Below, piece by piece: positions 41,031 through 51,383 of a stretch of 64,000 nt of DNA. The stretch lies in NCBI GenBank assembly GCA_017509685.1, contig JAFWPA010000087.1:768-64767 (forward strand). Direction: 5' to 3'. The notes below the pieces were generated by a model. The model worked only from the letters and a program-made list of their open reading frames with translations, was not told where the DNA came from and did not search any database. This stretch comes from Bacteroidales bacterium (lineage in GTDB: Bacteria; Bacteroidota; Bacteroidia; Bacteroidales; UBA932). Numbering within the stretch: position 1 is the stretch's first letter; each line of letters opens with the position of its first letter. The translations under genes were made by a program, and so were the position numbers.

Positions 41031-43130
41031 TTATTTACGTTTTTTCCGTCCCCGGCGCTCGTGCTGTGCCATGGCGCGCTCCATATCGGCCTCGGGGCCT
41101 TCGAAGGCCTCTTCAGGGGCGTCGGCGGGAGCGGCAGGCAGGTCTTCCACCAGCTCATAGTCCAGGAGCTTCTGCTCCAGGGAAGTGGCCTTTACGCGGA
41201 TGCGTAGCGGGTCTCCCAGCCGGATGGAACGGTGCGTACGTCGCCCAACGGCGCGGTAGCGTTCCTCGTCATAGATGAAGAAGTCCGAGCGGATGGTGCG
41301 GTAAGGGATCATGCCCTCAATCTTGGTGGGCTCTATCTCTACATAGATACCCCACTCGGTGACGCCGGACACGTGGCCGTCGAACTCCTGTCCCACTTTG
41401 TCCTCCATGAATTCCACCAGTTTGTACTTGATGCTCTCGCGCTCGGCTTCGGCGGCCACCTGCTCCCGTTCGGAAGCGTGTTTGCACTGCAGGGCATAGA
41501 AATCGGCGTTGGCGCTTTCCCCGCCTTTCAGATAGCGGTACAGCAGCCGGTGCACCATCATGTCCGGGTAGCGCCGGATAGGGGAGGTGAAGTGCGTATA
41601 GAAGTTGAAAGCCAGGCCGTAGTGGCCGATATTATCTACGGAATAGCAGGCCTTTGCCATGGAACGCAGCGCCAGCATCTGGATGGCGGGCAGCTCCGGT
41701 TTTCCATCGGCTTCGGCCATCAGGGCGTTGAGCGTCTTGGCGGTTTCCCTGCCACCTTCCAGCGTGCCCACTTTGTAGCCGAAGTGACCGGCGAAGTCCC
41801 TGAGGCCGCTCAGTTTCTCCATATTGGGTTCGTCGTGCACGCGGTACACGAAGGTCTTGGCCTTGGCCAGGGCCTTGCCACCCATCTTGCCGCCAGTGGC
41901 CACGAATTCGGCCACGTTGCGGTTGGCCAGCAGCATAAACTCCTCGATGAGCCAGTTGGCTTCCTTGGAGAAACGCTGGTGTACCCCGATGGGCTTGCCG
42001 TTTTCGTCAATATCCACCTTCATCTCCGGCCGGTCGAAGTTCACGGCGCCGGCCTTGAAGCGCTTCTCCCGCAACTTCAGGGCCAGTTTGTTCAGGATGA
42101 GGATGGCTTCCTGGATGTCGGCCGGCACTTCCTCCGGCTTGGCGCCCTCGATGATGGCCTGCGCGCCCTCGTAGTCGAAGCGGTAGTCCGATATGATATG
42201 GGTACGGCCGAACCAGGGGTTGATGACCTTGGCCTGGGGCGTGATTTCGAAGACGGCGCTGAAGGTGAGCTTTTCCTCGTGCGGGCGCAGGGAGCACAGC
42301 TTGTTGGACAATTTCTCCGGCAGCATGGGCACGGTGCGGTCTACCAGGTAAACCGACGTGCCGCGGGCCTGCGCCTCCCGGTCCACCGCGGTGTCCGGGC
42401 GCACGTACCAGGTGACATCGGCAATATGCACGCCCACCTCGTAATTCCCGTTCTCCAGCTTGCGGAAGCTGATGGCGTCGTCGAAGTCCTTGGCGTCGGT
42501 GGGGTCGATGGTGAAGGTGAGCGTGTTGCGGAAGTCCCGCCGATGGGCGCGATCCTCGTCGGTGATTTCGTCGGGGATGGCATCGGCCGCATTCTCCACG
42601 TTCTTCTCGAAGCGGTAGGGGAGGCCGAATTCGGCCAGGATGGCGTGCATCTCGGTCTCGTTCTCCCCGGGCATGCCCAGCACGTCCACCACGTGGCCGT
42701 AAGGGCCGGCCGCTCCGCGCTCCCATCCGTCCACCACGGCGGCCACTTTCATGCCGCGCACCCCGCCTTCCGGCACGGGGACGGAGATGTCATAGGGCAT
42801 GGTCTTGGAGCTCATCAGTACCCAGGCCTGCTTGCCCACGATGTGCAGAATGCCCACGAAAGGCTTGTTGGAACGCTCTACGATGGCGATGACCTCGCCG
42901 CTGCGGCGCTTGGCCTGTCCCACCTTCTCCTGCGTCACGGCCACCCGCACGATATCCCCGTTCAGGGCTCCGCGGGTCTTGGACGCCTTTACGAAAATGT
43001 CTTCTTCCTGTCCTTCCACACGGACAAAAATGAAGCCCTCGCGGGACATGAGGGCTTTCCCCTCGAACTCGGGGATGATACGTTTCTTCTTATGGTTCTT
43101 GCGGTTGGGACTGTTCTTGCGCTTGGACAT
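41031..43130 (-). CDS. rnr: Ribonuclease R
   Basis: TIDPTDAKDFDDA, HIADV, YTHFTSPIRRYPD, C-terminal S1 domain. Confidence 0.95.
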   Translation of the reverse strand: MSKRKNSPNRKNHKKKRIIPEFEGKALMSREGFIFVRVEGQEEDIFVKASKTRGALNGDIVRVAVTQEKVGQAKRRSGEVIAIVERSNKPFVGILHIVGKQAWVLMSSKTMPYDISVPVPEGGVRGMKVAAVVDGWERGAAGPYGHVVDVLGMPGENETEMHAILAEFGLPYRFEKNVENAADAIPDEITDEDRAHRRDFRNTLTFTIDPTDAKDFDDAISFRKLENGNYEVGVHIADVTWYVRPDTAVDREAQARGTSVYLVDRTVPMLPEKLSNKLCSLRPHEEKLTFSAVFEITPQAKVINPWFGRTHIISDYRFDYEGAQAIIEGAKPEEVPADIQEAILILNKLALKLREKRFKAGAVNFDRPEMKVDIDENGKPIGVHQRFSKEANWLIEEFMLLANRNVAEFVATGGKMGGKALAKAKTFVYRVHDEPNMEKLSGLRDFAGHFGYKVGTLEGGRETAKTLNALMAEADGKPELPAIQMLALRSMAKACYSVDNIGHYGLAFNFYTHFTSPIRRYPDMMVHRLLYRYLKGGESANADFYALQCKHASEREQVAAEAERESIKYKLVEFMEDKVGQEFDGHVSGVTEWGIYVEIEPTKIEGMIPYRTIRSDFFIYDEERYRAVGRRTHRSIRLGDPLRIRVKATSLEQKLLDYELVEDLPAAPADAPEEAFEGPEADMERAMAQHERRGRKKRK

Positions 43131-43139
43131 GGGCGGGAG

Positions 43140-44285
43140 TTAGATCAGCGAAATCAGTAAAAACAGGAAATGGGCGATGATGCCGGCGCAGAGGCCTGCG
43201 ATGGCGTGAGCGCCGATGGCCTTGGAGATGACGTTGCGGTAACCCAGGCTGTCCAGCATGGCGGTGTGGGTGGAAAGGAAGCCGCTCCAGCACATGCCGA
43301 TGGCCGTGAAGACGGCGATGGTGTTGCCGTCCAGGATACCGGCGGCGTTGAAGGTGGGCAGCAGGCCCAGCGCAGCGCCCACGGCGCCCAGGGCGGTCAT
43401 GGGGAAGGCAATCAGTTCCATCTGCTGGAACCCGAAGAGCCATTCGAACACCCAGTGGATTTTTTCGGCCAGCCAGGGGAGGACGGGAACGCCCTGGGAA
43501 GAGGAGCCGTCGTACACGCCCGAAGGACCGGGGCCGAAGGTAATCATGATGACGGCCGTGGTGATGATGAGGACGCCCGGAATGATCTGCAGGCCCAGTT
43601 CCACACCGTTCTTGCCGCCGTCCAGCACCGCATTCAGGAAACGCATGAAGATACCGTCCTTGGGTGCTTCCTCATCGGGGAGGTCATCGACCGTTTCCAC
43701 CACCTTGTCCAGCACGGGGCTGTCCAGTTCGGGATAGGCTTTGAGGCAGCTGTGCTGCATGATGCGGGTGGAAATGATGGAACCGCAGAAGGCCCCGAAC
43801 AGACCCACCAGCGCACCGGTGAGCTGGCCGTAGCCAATCATGGTGATGATGACCACGAAGCCCATGCCGAAGGCGGTGCCGAAGTTGGTGAGGGAAATGA
43901 GCTGGTATTTCTTGAAATAAGAGGCGAAGTTGCGGTCCTTGGACAGGGCGATGATGGCCGGGTTGTCGCTGAGGAAGGTCATCACGGCGCCCAGGGCTGC
44001 CACGCCGGGCAGGTTGTACAGGGGCTTCATCAAGGGGCGCAGGAAGCGCTCCAGCAGGGTGACCACGCCGAACTCCGACATCAGTTTACTCAACGCACCG
44101 GTGAGCACGGTAATGCCCATCAGGTAGAACACGGTGTTCAAAAGAAGGTCGTGGGCCGTGTTCATGACCGTCTTGATTATATTGCCGCCTCCCATCTTGC
44201 TTCCCAGCAGGGAGAAAACGACGATGAGAAGGGTCAGGAAGACCAGGGCTTCCACCGTGGAGCGGCGCAGTTTACGGGTTTTCAT
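43140..44285 (-). CDS. Nucleoside-recognition-gate membrane protein (CD0519/CD1768-like)
   Basis: FLSDNPAI, TNFGTAFGMG, CWSGFLSTH; multi-TM. Confidence 0.7.
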   Translation of the reverse strand: MKTRKLRRSTVEALVFLTLLIVVFSLLGSKMGGGNIIKTVMNTAHDLLLNTVFYLMGITVLTGALSKLMSEFGVVTLLERFLRPLMKPLYNLPGVAALGAVMTFLSDNPAIIALSKDRNFASYFKKYQLISLTNFGTAFGMGFVVIITMIGYGQLTGALVGLFGAFCGSIISTRIMQHSCLKAYPELDSPVLDKVVETVDDLPDEEAPKDGIFMRFLNAVLDGGKNGVELGLQIIPGVLIITTAVIMITFGPGPSGVYDGSSSQGVPVLPWLAEKIHWVFEWLFGFQQMELIAFPMTALGAVGAALGLLPTFNAAGILDGNTIAVFTAIGMCWSGFLSTHTAMLDSLGYRNVISKAIGAHAIAGLCAGIIAHFLFLLISLI

Positions 44286-44321
44286 TTCGATTTGCGGTTT
44301 TAGGCACACAAATGTACGAAA

Positions 44322-44969
44322 TTATCGGTACAATTCCCGTAAAACGGCCAGGGATTTTACTTGAATTCTGGAATCGGTGTGGTAGGAGAGGTATTGGAGG
44401 AGCTCCTCACAGAGGGCGTTGCGGGTGACGCCGTTCAGGGGCAGGAGCATACAGTCTGTGAAACTGCCGGTGACCAGGGCCTTCATCTGGGGAAGATGCT
44501 CGCCGGCGAAGGGGGCGATGTCGTCAAAACTGGGCCGGAATCCCAGTGCGCCGGACAGTTCCAGCAAGAAGCGCACGGGGAAGTTGGCGTAATCGCTTTC
44601 CAAAGCGTTGAGGGTGAGGATGTTGCCAACGCACCATTCATACAGTCCGTCCTCGTTCACCCCTTCGCGCAGGGTGCGGAACAGGACCTCGGCCAGGAAC
44701 AGCGTCATGGTGTTCTTCTGCAGGTCCTGCCGGATGCCCGGGAGCGCATCTTTCAGGAGGATGCCCTTCAGCCCCCACAGTTCGCTTTTGGGATTCTCTA
44801 CGATATCGGCCTCCAGGATATTCAGGGGCAGAAAAAGGGCCGTGCCGGTCTTCCGTGCGCTGCGCACCAGAAAGCCCCGCCGGCCCCACTCACGAGACAA
44901 GGTATGCACCACCAGGGCGTTTTCCCCCACCTTGGTGGTTCCCAGTACTATGAGTTCAATGTTTTCCAT
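44322..44969 (-). CDS. recO: DNA repair protein RecO
   Basis: IVLGTTKVGENALVVHTLSREWG, KSLAVLRELY. Confidence 0.85.
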   Translation of the reverse strand: MENIELIVLGTTKVGENALVVHTLSREWGRRGFLVRSARKTGTALFLPLNILEADIVENPKSELWGLKGILLKDALPGIRQDLQKNTMTLFLAEVLFRTLREGVNEDGLYEWCVGNILTLNALESDYANFPVRFLLELSGALGFRPSFDDIAPFAGEHLPQMKALVTGSFTDCMLLPLNGVTRNALCEELLQYLSYHTDSRIQVKSLAVLRELYR

Positions 44970-45582
44970 TTAAGAATTCCGCCATCGCACGCAGGGCTTT
45001 CCCGCGGTGGGAAATGGCGTTTTTCACGCTTTCACCCAGCTGGGCGTTGGTCTTCTCGTACCCCTGTGGGATGAAGATGGGGTCGTAGCCGAAGCCACCT
45101 TTCCCGGCACGCTCGTAGCCGATGGTGCCTTCCATCACGCCGTCGAAGAAATGATGCTCACCGTTCAGGATGAGGGTGACGGAGGTGCGGAAGCGGGCGG
45201 TGCGCTGGGCTTTGGCGGTGGAAAGGCCGTTGGTGCGGGCCATGGCGGCCTCTTTCTCACGGCGGGCCATTTCGCTCAGGAGTTTGTCGATGTTGGCGTC
45301 GGCGTCCCGCTGGGGACCGGCATACCGCGCGGTCTCAACGCCAGGGGCGCCGCCCAGGATGTCCACTTCCAGGCCGGAATCGTCGGCGAAGCAGTTCATT
45401 CCCGTTTTCTTATAGATATAGTCGGCCTTCTGCATAGAGTTGGCCCTGAGAGTGTTGCCGGTTTCGGGGAGATCCTCTGTGATCCCAATCTCTGCGGGGG
45501 TAACGAGCTCAAAACCCTCGCCCAAAATCTCAGCAGCTTCCCGGATCTTGCCGGGATTGCCCGTTGCGAATACGATTTTCAT
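44956..45582 (-). CDS. rdgB: Non-canonical purine NTP pyrophosphatase (Ham1)
   Basis: FATGNPGK, ADDSGL, GFGYDPIF, KNAISHRGKA. Confidence 0.95.
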   Translation of the reverse strand: MKIVFATGNPGKIREAAEILGEGFELVTPAEIGITEDLPETGNTLRANSMQKADYIYKKTGMNCFADDSGLEVDILGGAPGVETARYAGPQRDADANIDKLLSEMARREKEAAMARTNGLSTAKAQRTARFRTSVTLILNGEHHFFDGVMEGTIGYERAGKGGFGYDPIFIPQGYEKTNAQLGESVKNAISHRGKALRAMAEFLNGKH

Positions 45583-45650
45583 ATGCGTAATACTAACTAA
45601 CCAAGCCGCAAAGGTACGAAGAAATTTTCAATAATAAAAATTTTTAATAA

Positions 45651-46625
45651 TTACACCGTGCGGCCGATCAGGCTGTGCGCGAAGTCTTTCAGCACCTGGA
45701 TACCTTCCCCGCCCAGGCGTGCGTCCGTGCCTTTGAAGATGGCGCGCGTAGACAGGTCTCCAATGGCCTTGCGGGCCTCTTCGGGCACGCCCACGCTGTC
45801 GTAGATGGCTTTTACGCGGGCAATCTTGGCGGCTTTCTCCTCCGGGGTTTCGGCGGGAGCGGTGAGGGCTTCCTCCAGACCATCGGCCCCCAACTCCATG
45901 GCCCGGACGGTGAGCCAGGATTTCTTGGCGTTGAGGATGTCTCCTCCGATGGGCTTGCCAAAGACTTTTTCGTCGCCGTAGGCGTCCAGGTAGTCGTCGG
46001 CCACCTGGAAGGCCAGGCCCAGGTAATAACCGTATTCGTAGAGGCAGTTCTGGCTCCATTCGTCGGCCCCGCCGATGAGGGCGCCCATCTGGGCCGCACA
46101 GGCGATGAGCACGCCCGTCTTCAGGCCGATCATCTGCATATATTCCGCCATGGAAACGCTGCTGCGCTTCTCGAAGTCCATATCCAGTTGCTGGCCGTCA
46201 CACACCTCCGAAGCTGTTTTGGAGAACAGGGGCAGTACCTGCGTGAGCAGGGCGGGCGGCGCCTGGGCAATACGGCGGTAGGAGTCGATGAACATCACGT
46301 CTCCGCTGAGGATGGCGGTGTCCTCGTCCCACTTCTTCCACACGGTAGGATGCCCGCGCCTGAGGGCGCTGCGGTCCATGATGTCGTCGTGGATGAGCGT
46401 GAAGGTGTGGAAAACCTCCAGCGCTGCGGCGGGCTCCAGGATCTCCGGCGTCAGCTCATCGGCAAAGAGGCTGTAGGTGGTCAGGCACAACCGAGGCCGG
46501 ATGCGCTTGCCGCCGATGGCAATCATATAACGCAAGGGGTCATAGAGCCCCTCGGGCGACTTCTGAAACTCGATGTTGGCGAATAGGTCCTTGATGGCCT
46601 GGTCTAATACGTGGTCCGCAATCAT
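45651..46625 (-). CDS. Polyprenyl diphosphate synthase (IspA/GGPPS-like)
   Basis: GGKRIRP, FTLIHDDIMD, GQQLD, FQVADDYLD. Confidence 0.92.
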   Translation of the reverse strand: MIADHVLDQAIKDLFANIEFQKSPEGLYDPLRYMIAIGGKRIRPRLCLTTYSLFADELTPEILEPAAALEVFHTFTLIHDDIMDRSALRRGHPTVWKKWDEDTAILSGDVMFIDSYRRIAQAPPALLTQVLPLFSKTASEVCDGQQLDMDFEKRSSVSMAEYMQMIGLKTGVLIACAAQMGALIGGADEWSQNCLYEYGYYLGLAFQVADDYLDAYGDEKVFGKPIGGDILNAKKSWLTVRAMELGADGLEEALTAPAETPEEKAAKIARVKAIYDSVGVPEEARKAIGDLSTRAIFKGTDARLGGEGIQVLKDFAHSLIGRTV

Positions 46626-46686
46626 GGTGTGGAGGTTTAATCATGCAAAGATAAGCCTTTTTGCCGAAAAGTGCTATCTTTGCGCC

Positions 46687-47961
46687 ATGAACCGGAAAGA
46701 ACTGGAAATCATGGCTCCGGCGGGCAGTTTCGACTGCCTGCTGGCCGCCATACAGGGCGGGGCCGACTCTGTGTACTTCGGCATCGGCCGGCTGAATATG
46801 CGTTCCCATTCGGCCAACAACTTCTGCAAGGAAGACCTGCCGGAAATCATGCGCATCTGCCGCGCCTATGGCGTCAAGGCCTATATGACCCTGAACATCA
46901 CCCTGTACGGGGAGGAACTGCAGGCGGCCTACGAGACGCTGGACGCCGCCCGGGCCGCGGGCGTAGACGCCGTCATTGCTTCTGATATGGCCTGCATCCT
47001 GTACTGCCGGAAAATCGGCCTGGAGGTGCACATTTCCACCCAGCTGAGCATTTCCAACCTGGAGGCGCTCAAGTTCTACGCCCAATGGGCCGATGTGGTG
47101 GTCCTGGCCCGGGAACTTACCCTGGAACAGGTGAAGGCCATCCATCAGGGCATCGTGGACCAGCAGGTCAAGGGCCCTTCCGGGCAGCTGGTGCGCATCG
47201 AGATGTTCGCCCACGGGGCTTTCTGCATGGCCGTTTCCGGCAAGTGCTACCTGTCCCTTTCGGCCTATGGCGAAAGCGCCAACCGGGGCAACTGCCTGCA
47301 GGCGTGCCGTCGCGGCTACCTGCTCACGGACTACGAGACCGGCGACGCCATCCACGTAGACAATAAGTATTTAATGTCTCCCAAGGACCTGTGCACCATC
47401 GAGTTTCTGGACAAGTTCGTGGAAGCGGGCGTGAAGGTGTTCAAGATCGAAGGCCGCGCCCGCAGCGCAGATTACGTGAAAGTGACCACCGAATGTTACC
47501 GGAAGGCGGCCGATGCCGTGGCCGACGGAACCTTCACCCCGGCACTGTGCGCCAGCTTCAAGGACACGCTGGCCACTGTCTTCAACCGTGGCTTTTGGGA
47601 CGGTTACTACCTGGGGACCAAAATGGGCGAGTGGAGCGCCAAATACGGCAGCAGCGCCACCCGCACCAAGGTTTATGTGGGGCCCGTGACCAACTGGTTC
47701 GCCCGCCTGAACGTGGTGGAGATCCAGGTGGACGCCACGGCGCTGCACAAGGGGGACCGGCTGCTATTCATCGGCCACAAGACCGGTATGCTGGAAGTGA
47801 CGGCCGATGACCTGCGCGTGGACTACGAGCCCGCCGATACGGCTCCCCAGGGTATCCGCTGCTCTGTGGCCATCCCGCTGGAAGCCCAGCCCGAAGACAA
47901 AACAGAGCCCGGCGAGAGAATTCACCCCCGCCGGAACGACAAAGTCTATATCTGGAAGTAA
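46687..47961 (+). CDS. U32-family peptidase-like protein (TrhP/RlhA-like)
   Basis: EIMAPAGS, GADSVYFG, HGAFCMAVSGKC, CLQACRR, FKIEGR. Confidence 0.92.
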   Translation: MNRKELEIMAPAGSFDCLLAAIQGGADSVYFGIGRLNMRSHSANNFCKEDLPEIMRICRAYGVKAYMTLNITLYGEELQAAYETLDAARAAGVDAVIASDMACILYCRKIGLEVHISTQLSISNLEALKFYAQWADVVVLARELTLEQVKAIHQGIVDQQVKGPSGQLVRIEMFAHGAFCMAVSGKCYLSLSAYGESANRGNCLQACRRGYLLTDYETGDAIHVDNKYLMSPKDLCTIEFLDKFVEAGVKVFKIEGRARSADYVKVTTECYRKAADAVADGTFTPALCASFKDTLATVFNRGFWDGYYLGTKMGEWSAKYGSSATRTKVYVGPVTNWFARLNVVEIQVDATALHKGDRLLFIGHKTGMLEVTADDLRVDYEPADTAPQGIRCSVAIPLEAQPEDKTEPGERIHPRRNDKVYIWK

Positions 47962-49587
47962 CTAGTAGCTGATAGCCGGCATTTCCAGTGCCTTGGCCAG
48001 CTGTTCGTCGTAGCGGATGCGTATCTTCGCGCCCGCTTCCTGGAAGTAATACCGGACCACAATCTCTTCCTCGATGAAGGGAATGATTTCGTCTTTCTTC
48101 AATCGAAGGAAGGTCTCCTTGTCCATCTCCAGGGATTTCCGAAGGGCGTCCAGCTCCCCGGCCATGGCTTCCGTGAGCCCGTCTTCCTCCAATTCTTTTT
48201 TCATCTGGTCGTACAGGGCGCGGCCCGACGAACGGTAGTCGAACTCCTTGTCGGCGGCAAAGGCGATGAAGTTTTCGAATTCGTCGAAGTGGAAATCCTC
48301 CACGGCCGGGATAGAGGCGTGCTTGCGCACATACTCCAGCGCATATTGCTCCAGGATGCCGCTGTACACCAGGGAATAGGTGAGGCGGGAATACTTGTGG
48401 GCTTTCACCTCGAAGTCCGGGGTGATGCCGCCGCCGTCTTTCACCGTACGGCCGTGCGCCGTGGTGAAACTGTGGGTGAGGGAGTCGGGGATGTATCCCA
48501 CGCTGCCGTCGTCCTTGCGGTTGGAGTAGTCAATGGCCTGCACGCATCGGCCGGAAGGGGTATAGTACTTGGCGGTGGTCACCTTGAGCTGGCCGTTGTA
48601 CGGCAGCGGGCGGATGCTCTGCACCAGGCCCTTGCCGTAGGTACGGGTGCCCACGATGGTGGCACGGTCATAGTCCTGCAAGGCGCCGGAGACAATCTCC
48701 GAGGCGCTGGCACTGCCGCCGTCCACCAGCACCAGGATGGGGATTTCGGTGTCGATGGGGTCCGTAATGGTTTTGTAGGTGGCTTCCGAAGCGGCGTTCC
48801 GGCCCTTGGCGCTCACTACCAGCGAACCCTTGGGAACAAAGAGGGAAACGATATTCACGGCTTCGTTCATGAGGCCGCCGCCGTTGCCGCGCAGGTCCAG
48901 CACCACGCGCTGCATTCCCTGAGCCTTGAGCTTGTAGTAGGCATCCCGGATGCCCTGGCCCACGCCGTCGGTGAATTTGTCCAAAAGGATGTAACCGTCC
49001 TTTTCGTTGAGCATGCCCACGTAGGAGATGGAGGGGAGCACGATGCGTTCCCGTGTTACCGGAACCTCAATGGTCTCACCGGCCTTCCAGCCGTCTCCGG
49101 CGCGCAGTTTCTTCACGCGGAAAACCACGGTGGTGCCTGGCTTTCCTCGCATGCGCTCACTGCTCTCCTGGCTGGTGAGCCCGTGGGTGGTGAGTCCGTC
49201 AATGGTCTCGATTTCATCCCCGCAGCGGAGGCCCGCCCGGGCGGCCGGCGAGTTGGCATAGGGCTCGTTGATGACCACGTTGCCATTGATGTCCATCTTG
49301 TAGATGACGGCCCCGATACCGCCGTACGTATTGCTCAGCATCATCTGGAAGTCTTCCTGTTCCTCTTCGGGTACATACACCGTATAGGGATCCAGGGCCT
49401 CCAGCATGGCGTCTATGCCGGCCCGTTCAATGCGGCCCACTTCCAGCGAGTCCACATAGGAACGGTTCAACTCTTTCAGAATGGCATTCTGTACTTCCAC
49501 CCATTTGCCCAGGGTGAAGCTCTTGGACTGCGCCGAAGCGCTCAGCGTGACCGCTAGGGCGGCCACCACAACACAGATTCGTTTCAT
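47962..49587 (-). CDS. S41 carboxy-terminal processing protease with PDZ domain
   Basis: LDLRGNGGG, SASASEI, GTRTYGKGLVQ, YYTPSGR. Confidence 0.94.
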   Translation of the reverse strand: MKRICVVVAALAVTLSASAQSKSFTLGKWVEVQNAILKELNRSYVDSLEVGRIERAGIDAMLEALDPYTVYVPEEEQEDFQMMLSNTYGGIGAVIYKMDINGNVVINEPYANSPAARAGLRCGDEIETIDGLTTHGLTSQESSERMRGKPGTTVVFRVKKLRAGDGWKAGETIEVPVTRERIVLPSISYVGMLNEKDGYILLDKFTDGVGQGIRDAYYKLKAQGMQRVVLDLRGNGGGLMNEAVNIVSLFVPKGSLVVSAKGRNAASEATYKTITDPIDTEIPILVLVDGGSASASEIVSGALQDYDRATIVGTRTYGKGLVQSIRPLPYNGQLKVTTAKYYTPSGRCVQAIDYSNRKDDGSVGYIPDSLTHSFTTAHGRTVKDGGGITPDFEVKAHKYSRLTYSLVYSGILEQYALEYVRKHASIPAVEDFHFDEFENFIAFAADKEFDYRSSGRALYDQMKKELEEDGLTEAMAGELDALRKSLEMDKETFLRLKKDEIIPFIEEEIVVRYYFQEAGAKIRIRYDEQLAKALEMPAISY

Positions 49588-49742
49588 AACTGGGCAAAGA
49601 TACAAAAAATGTGCAAAAACACGTAATGAGACGTTCCATGCGTTAGATTTTGCGATATTGCAAAATATTTTCCGATTTGCAAGGTGGTATTATAGGTATT
49701 GCGTGTAGAGATGTTGCGCGAAAACGCTATTTTTGTTTTGTA

Positions 49743-51374
49743 ATGAAAAAAGTATTCCATATCCTGTGGCTGCTGCTGACGGCGCTTCCATGCCTGGCTC
49801 AACAGGGCATCCCGGTGCTGCCGCTGGAAGTAGAGCGCCTGCCAGACATGCTGGAGCCCCGTTACAGCCATGCCTTGCTGTGGGTGAACGGGGAGCTGGT
49901 CGCCATCGGCGGCCATACCACGGGATTTGTGCCGTCGCAAACGGCAGAATACTTCCGCGACGGTCGCTGGCACCGTACAGAAGACCCGCTGTACCCGCAC
50001 GACGGCGGCTTTGCGCTGCCGCTTTCGGACGGCCGCATCCTGGTGGGCGCTGGTTTTGCCCAGCCCTTCGGTATCGGACAAAGCTGGGGGATGGAATGGT
50101 ATAATCCCTCCGATCATTCGTTTTCGCCGGCAGGCATCCTTTCCCGCAAACGGGCCTTTGCATCGGCCCTGGAACTGCCGGACGGGAAAATCATGGTGAC
50201 CGGCAACCACTATGACGGCGATTCCATAGAGGTGCTGGACCAGGATGCCCGTCCCCTTTATACCCAGACGGTAACGGAGCCAAGAAGGAATCCCCTGCTT
50301 CTCCAAACGTCGGACGGGACTGTTGTCATTGAAGGAGAACACGCCGATGGAACGGGCTGGAATGCATTCTGCGACCTGCTGGACGGAGCGGCGCAGCCCA
50401 GCACGCTGGAGGCGGCATGGACGCTCAATTGTAACACTTTCCCCTTTGAACCCGAGCGTTTTGCCATAGCTCCCGCCACTTATCTTTTCCCGACCTGCCG
50501 GAAGGGGGAAATCCAGCCATCGGCCTTTGTCGTCTTCCGGGACGGCCGATTTTCCCTCCTCGAGACAGACTATATCATCCCGCAGTTGTCGGAACGGGGA
50601 GACACGCTGTCTTGGATGAACAGCGCGTTTGTCACAGACCGCACGGCCCGGTGTTCCTATATCCCCGGATCTGACGAAAAGGGATACCTGTACCTACTGA
50701 AAATAGACTATAATCCGGCCCTGGACGGCGGAAAAGCGCGGCTTTCCCTGCTCTGTACCCCGCAGCCGCTGCCCATCCGGTACACGGAAACCTGGACACG
50801 CCTGCTCCCTCTCGGGCGCATTGCCATGACGGGCGGTATTTTTCACAGCAATTTTGAGCCCACGGCGGCTGCCTGGATTCTGCATCCCGCCGGGACCCGG
50901 CCGGCCCCTGACACAGGGCATTTCCCCTGGTGGACGGTTGTTGTCATCGGCATATTGCTTGCGGCCCTCGTAGCTCTGCTGCTTACCAGGCGCGTCTCCC
51001 CCTCACCCGCAGAAACGCCTTCTCCCGAGCAGTTGGAAGAAAGCCGGATGGACCAGATTGTACACAAGCTGGAGCAGGAGAAGATGTATCTTCGCAAGGG
51101 GCTCACTATCACGGACTTTGCCGCCGAACTCCATACCAATAAAACTTATATCTCCTATCTTTTGAACCAACGGTGCGGCAAGTCTTTCTCGGATTTCCTG
51201 AACGGATACCGCGTGGAACATGCCAAGCGCCTGATGCGGGAGCAGCCGCAACTGAACCTGGCCGAGGTGGCCGATGCTTCCGGCTTTGCCGACGAGTCCT
51301 CCTTCTACCGAAACTTCAAGAAAGCCACCGGCCTTACCCCTGCCGCGTGGCGCAAAACAGAAAAAAACCAATAA
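49743..51374 (+). CDS. Membrane-anchored AraC regulator with N-terminal Kelch-like domain
   Basis: Signal peptide, PRYSHA...AIGG Kelch blades, a TM helix, then FSDFLNGYRVEHAK...SGFADESSFYRNFKKATGLTP. Confidence 0.85.
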   Translation: MKKVFHILWLLLTALPCLAQQGIPVLPLEVERLPDMLEPRYSHALLWVNGELVAIGGHTTGFVPSQTAEYFRDGRWHRTEDPLYPHDGGFALPLSDGRILVGAGFAQPFGIGQSWGMEWYNPSDHSFSPAGILSRKRAFASALELPDGKIMVTGNHYDGDSIEVLDQDARPLYTQTVTEPRRNPLLLQTSDGTVVIEGEHADGTGWNAFCDLLDGAAQPSTLEAAWTLNCNTFPFEPERFAIAPATYLFPTCRKGEIQPSAFVVFRDGRFSLLETDYIIPQLSERGDTLSWMNSAFVTDRTARCSYIPGSDEKGYLYLLKIDYNPALDGGKARLSLLCTPQPLPIRYTETWTRLLPLGRIAMTGGIFHSNFEPTAAAWILHPAGTRPAPDTGHFPWWTVVVIGILLAALVALLLTRRVSPSPAETPSPEQLEESRMDQIVHKLEQEKMYLRKGLTITDFAAELHTNKTYISYLLNQRCGKSFSDFLNGYRVEHAKRLMREQPQLNLAEVADASGFADESSFYRNFKKATGLTPAAWRKTEKNQ

Positions 51375-51383
51375 AATACCCAT

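Noticed and set aside
45200-45275. Short insertion in RdgB as another palindromic element
   Set aside because: There is no inverted repeat, only a 9-bp direct repeat (GCGGGCCAT). It looks like an ordinary loop expansion.
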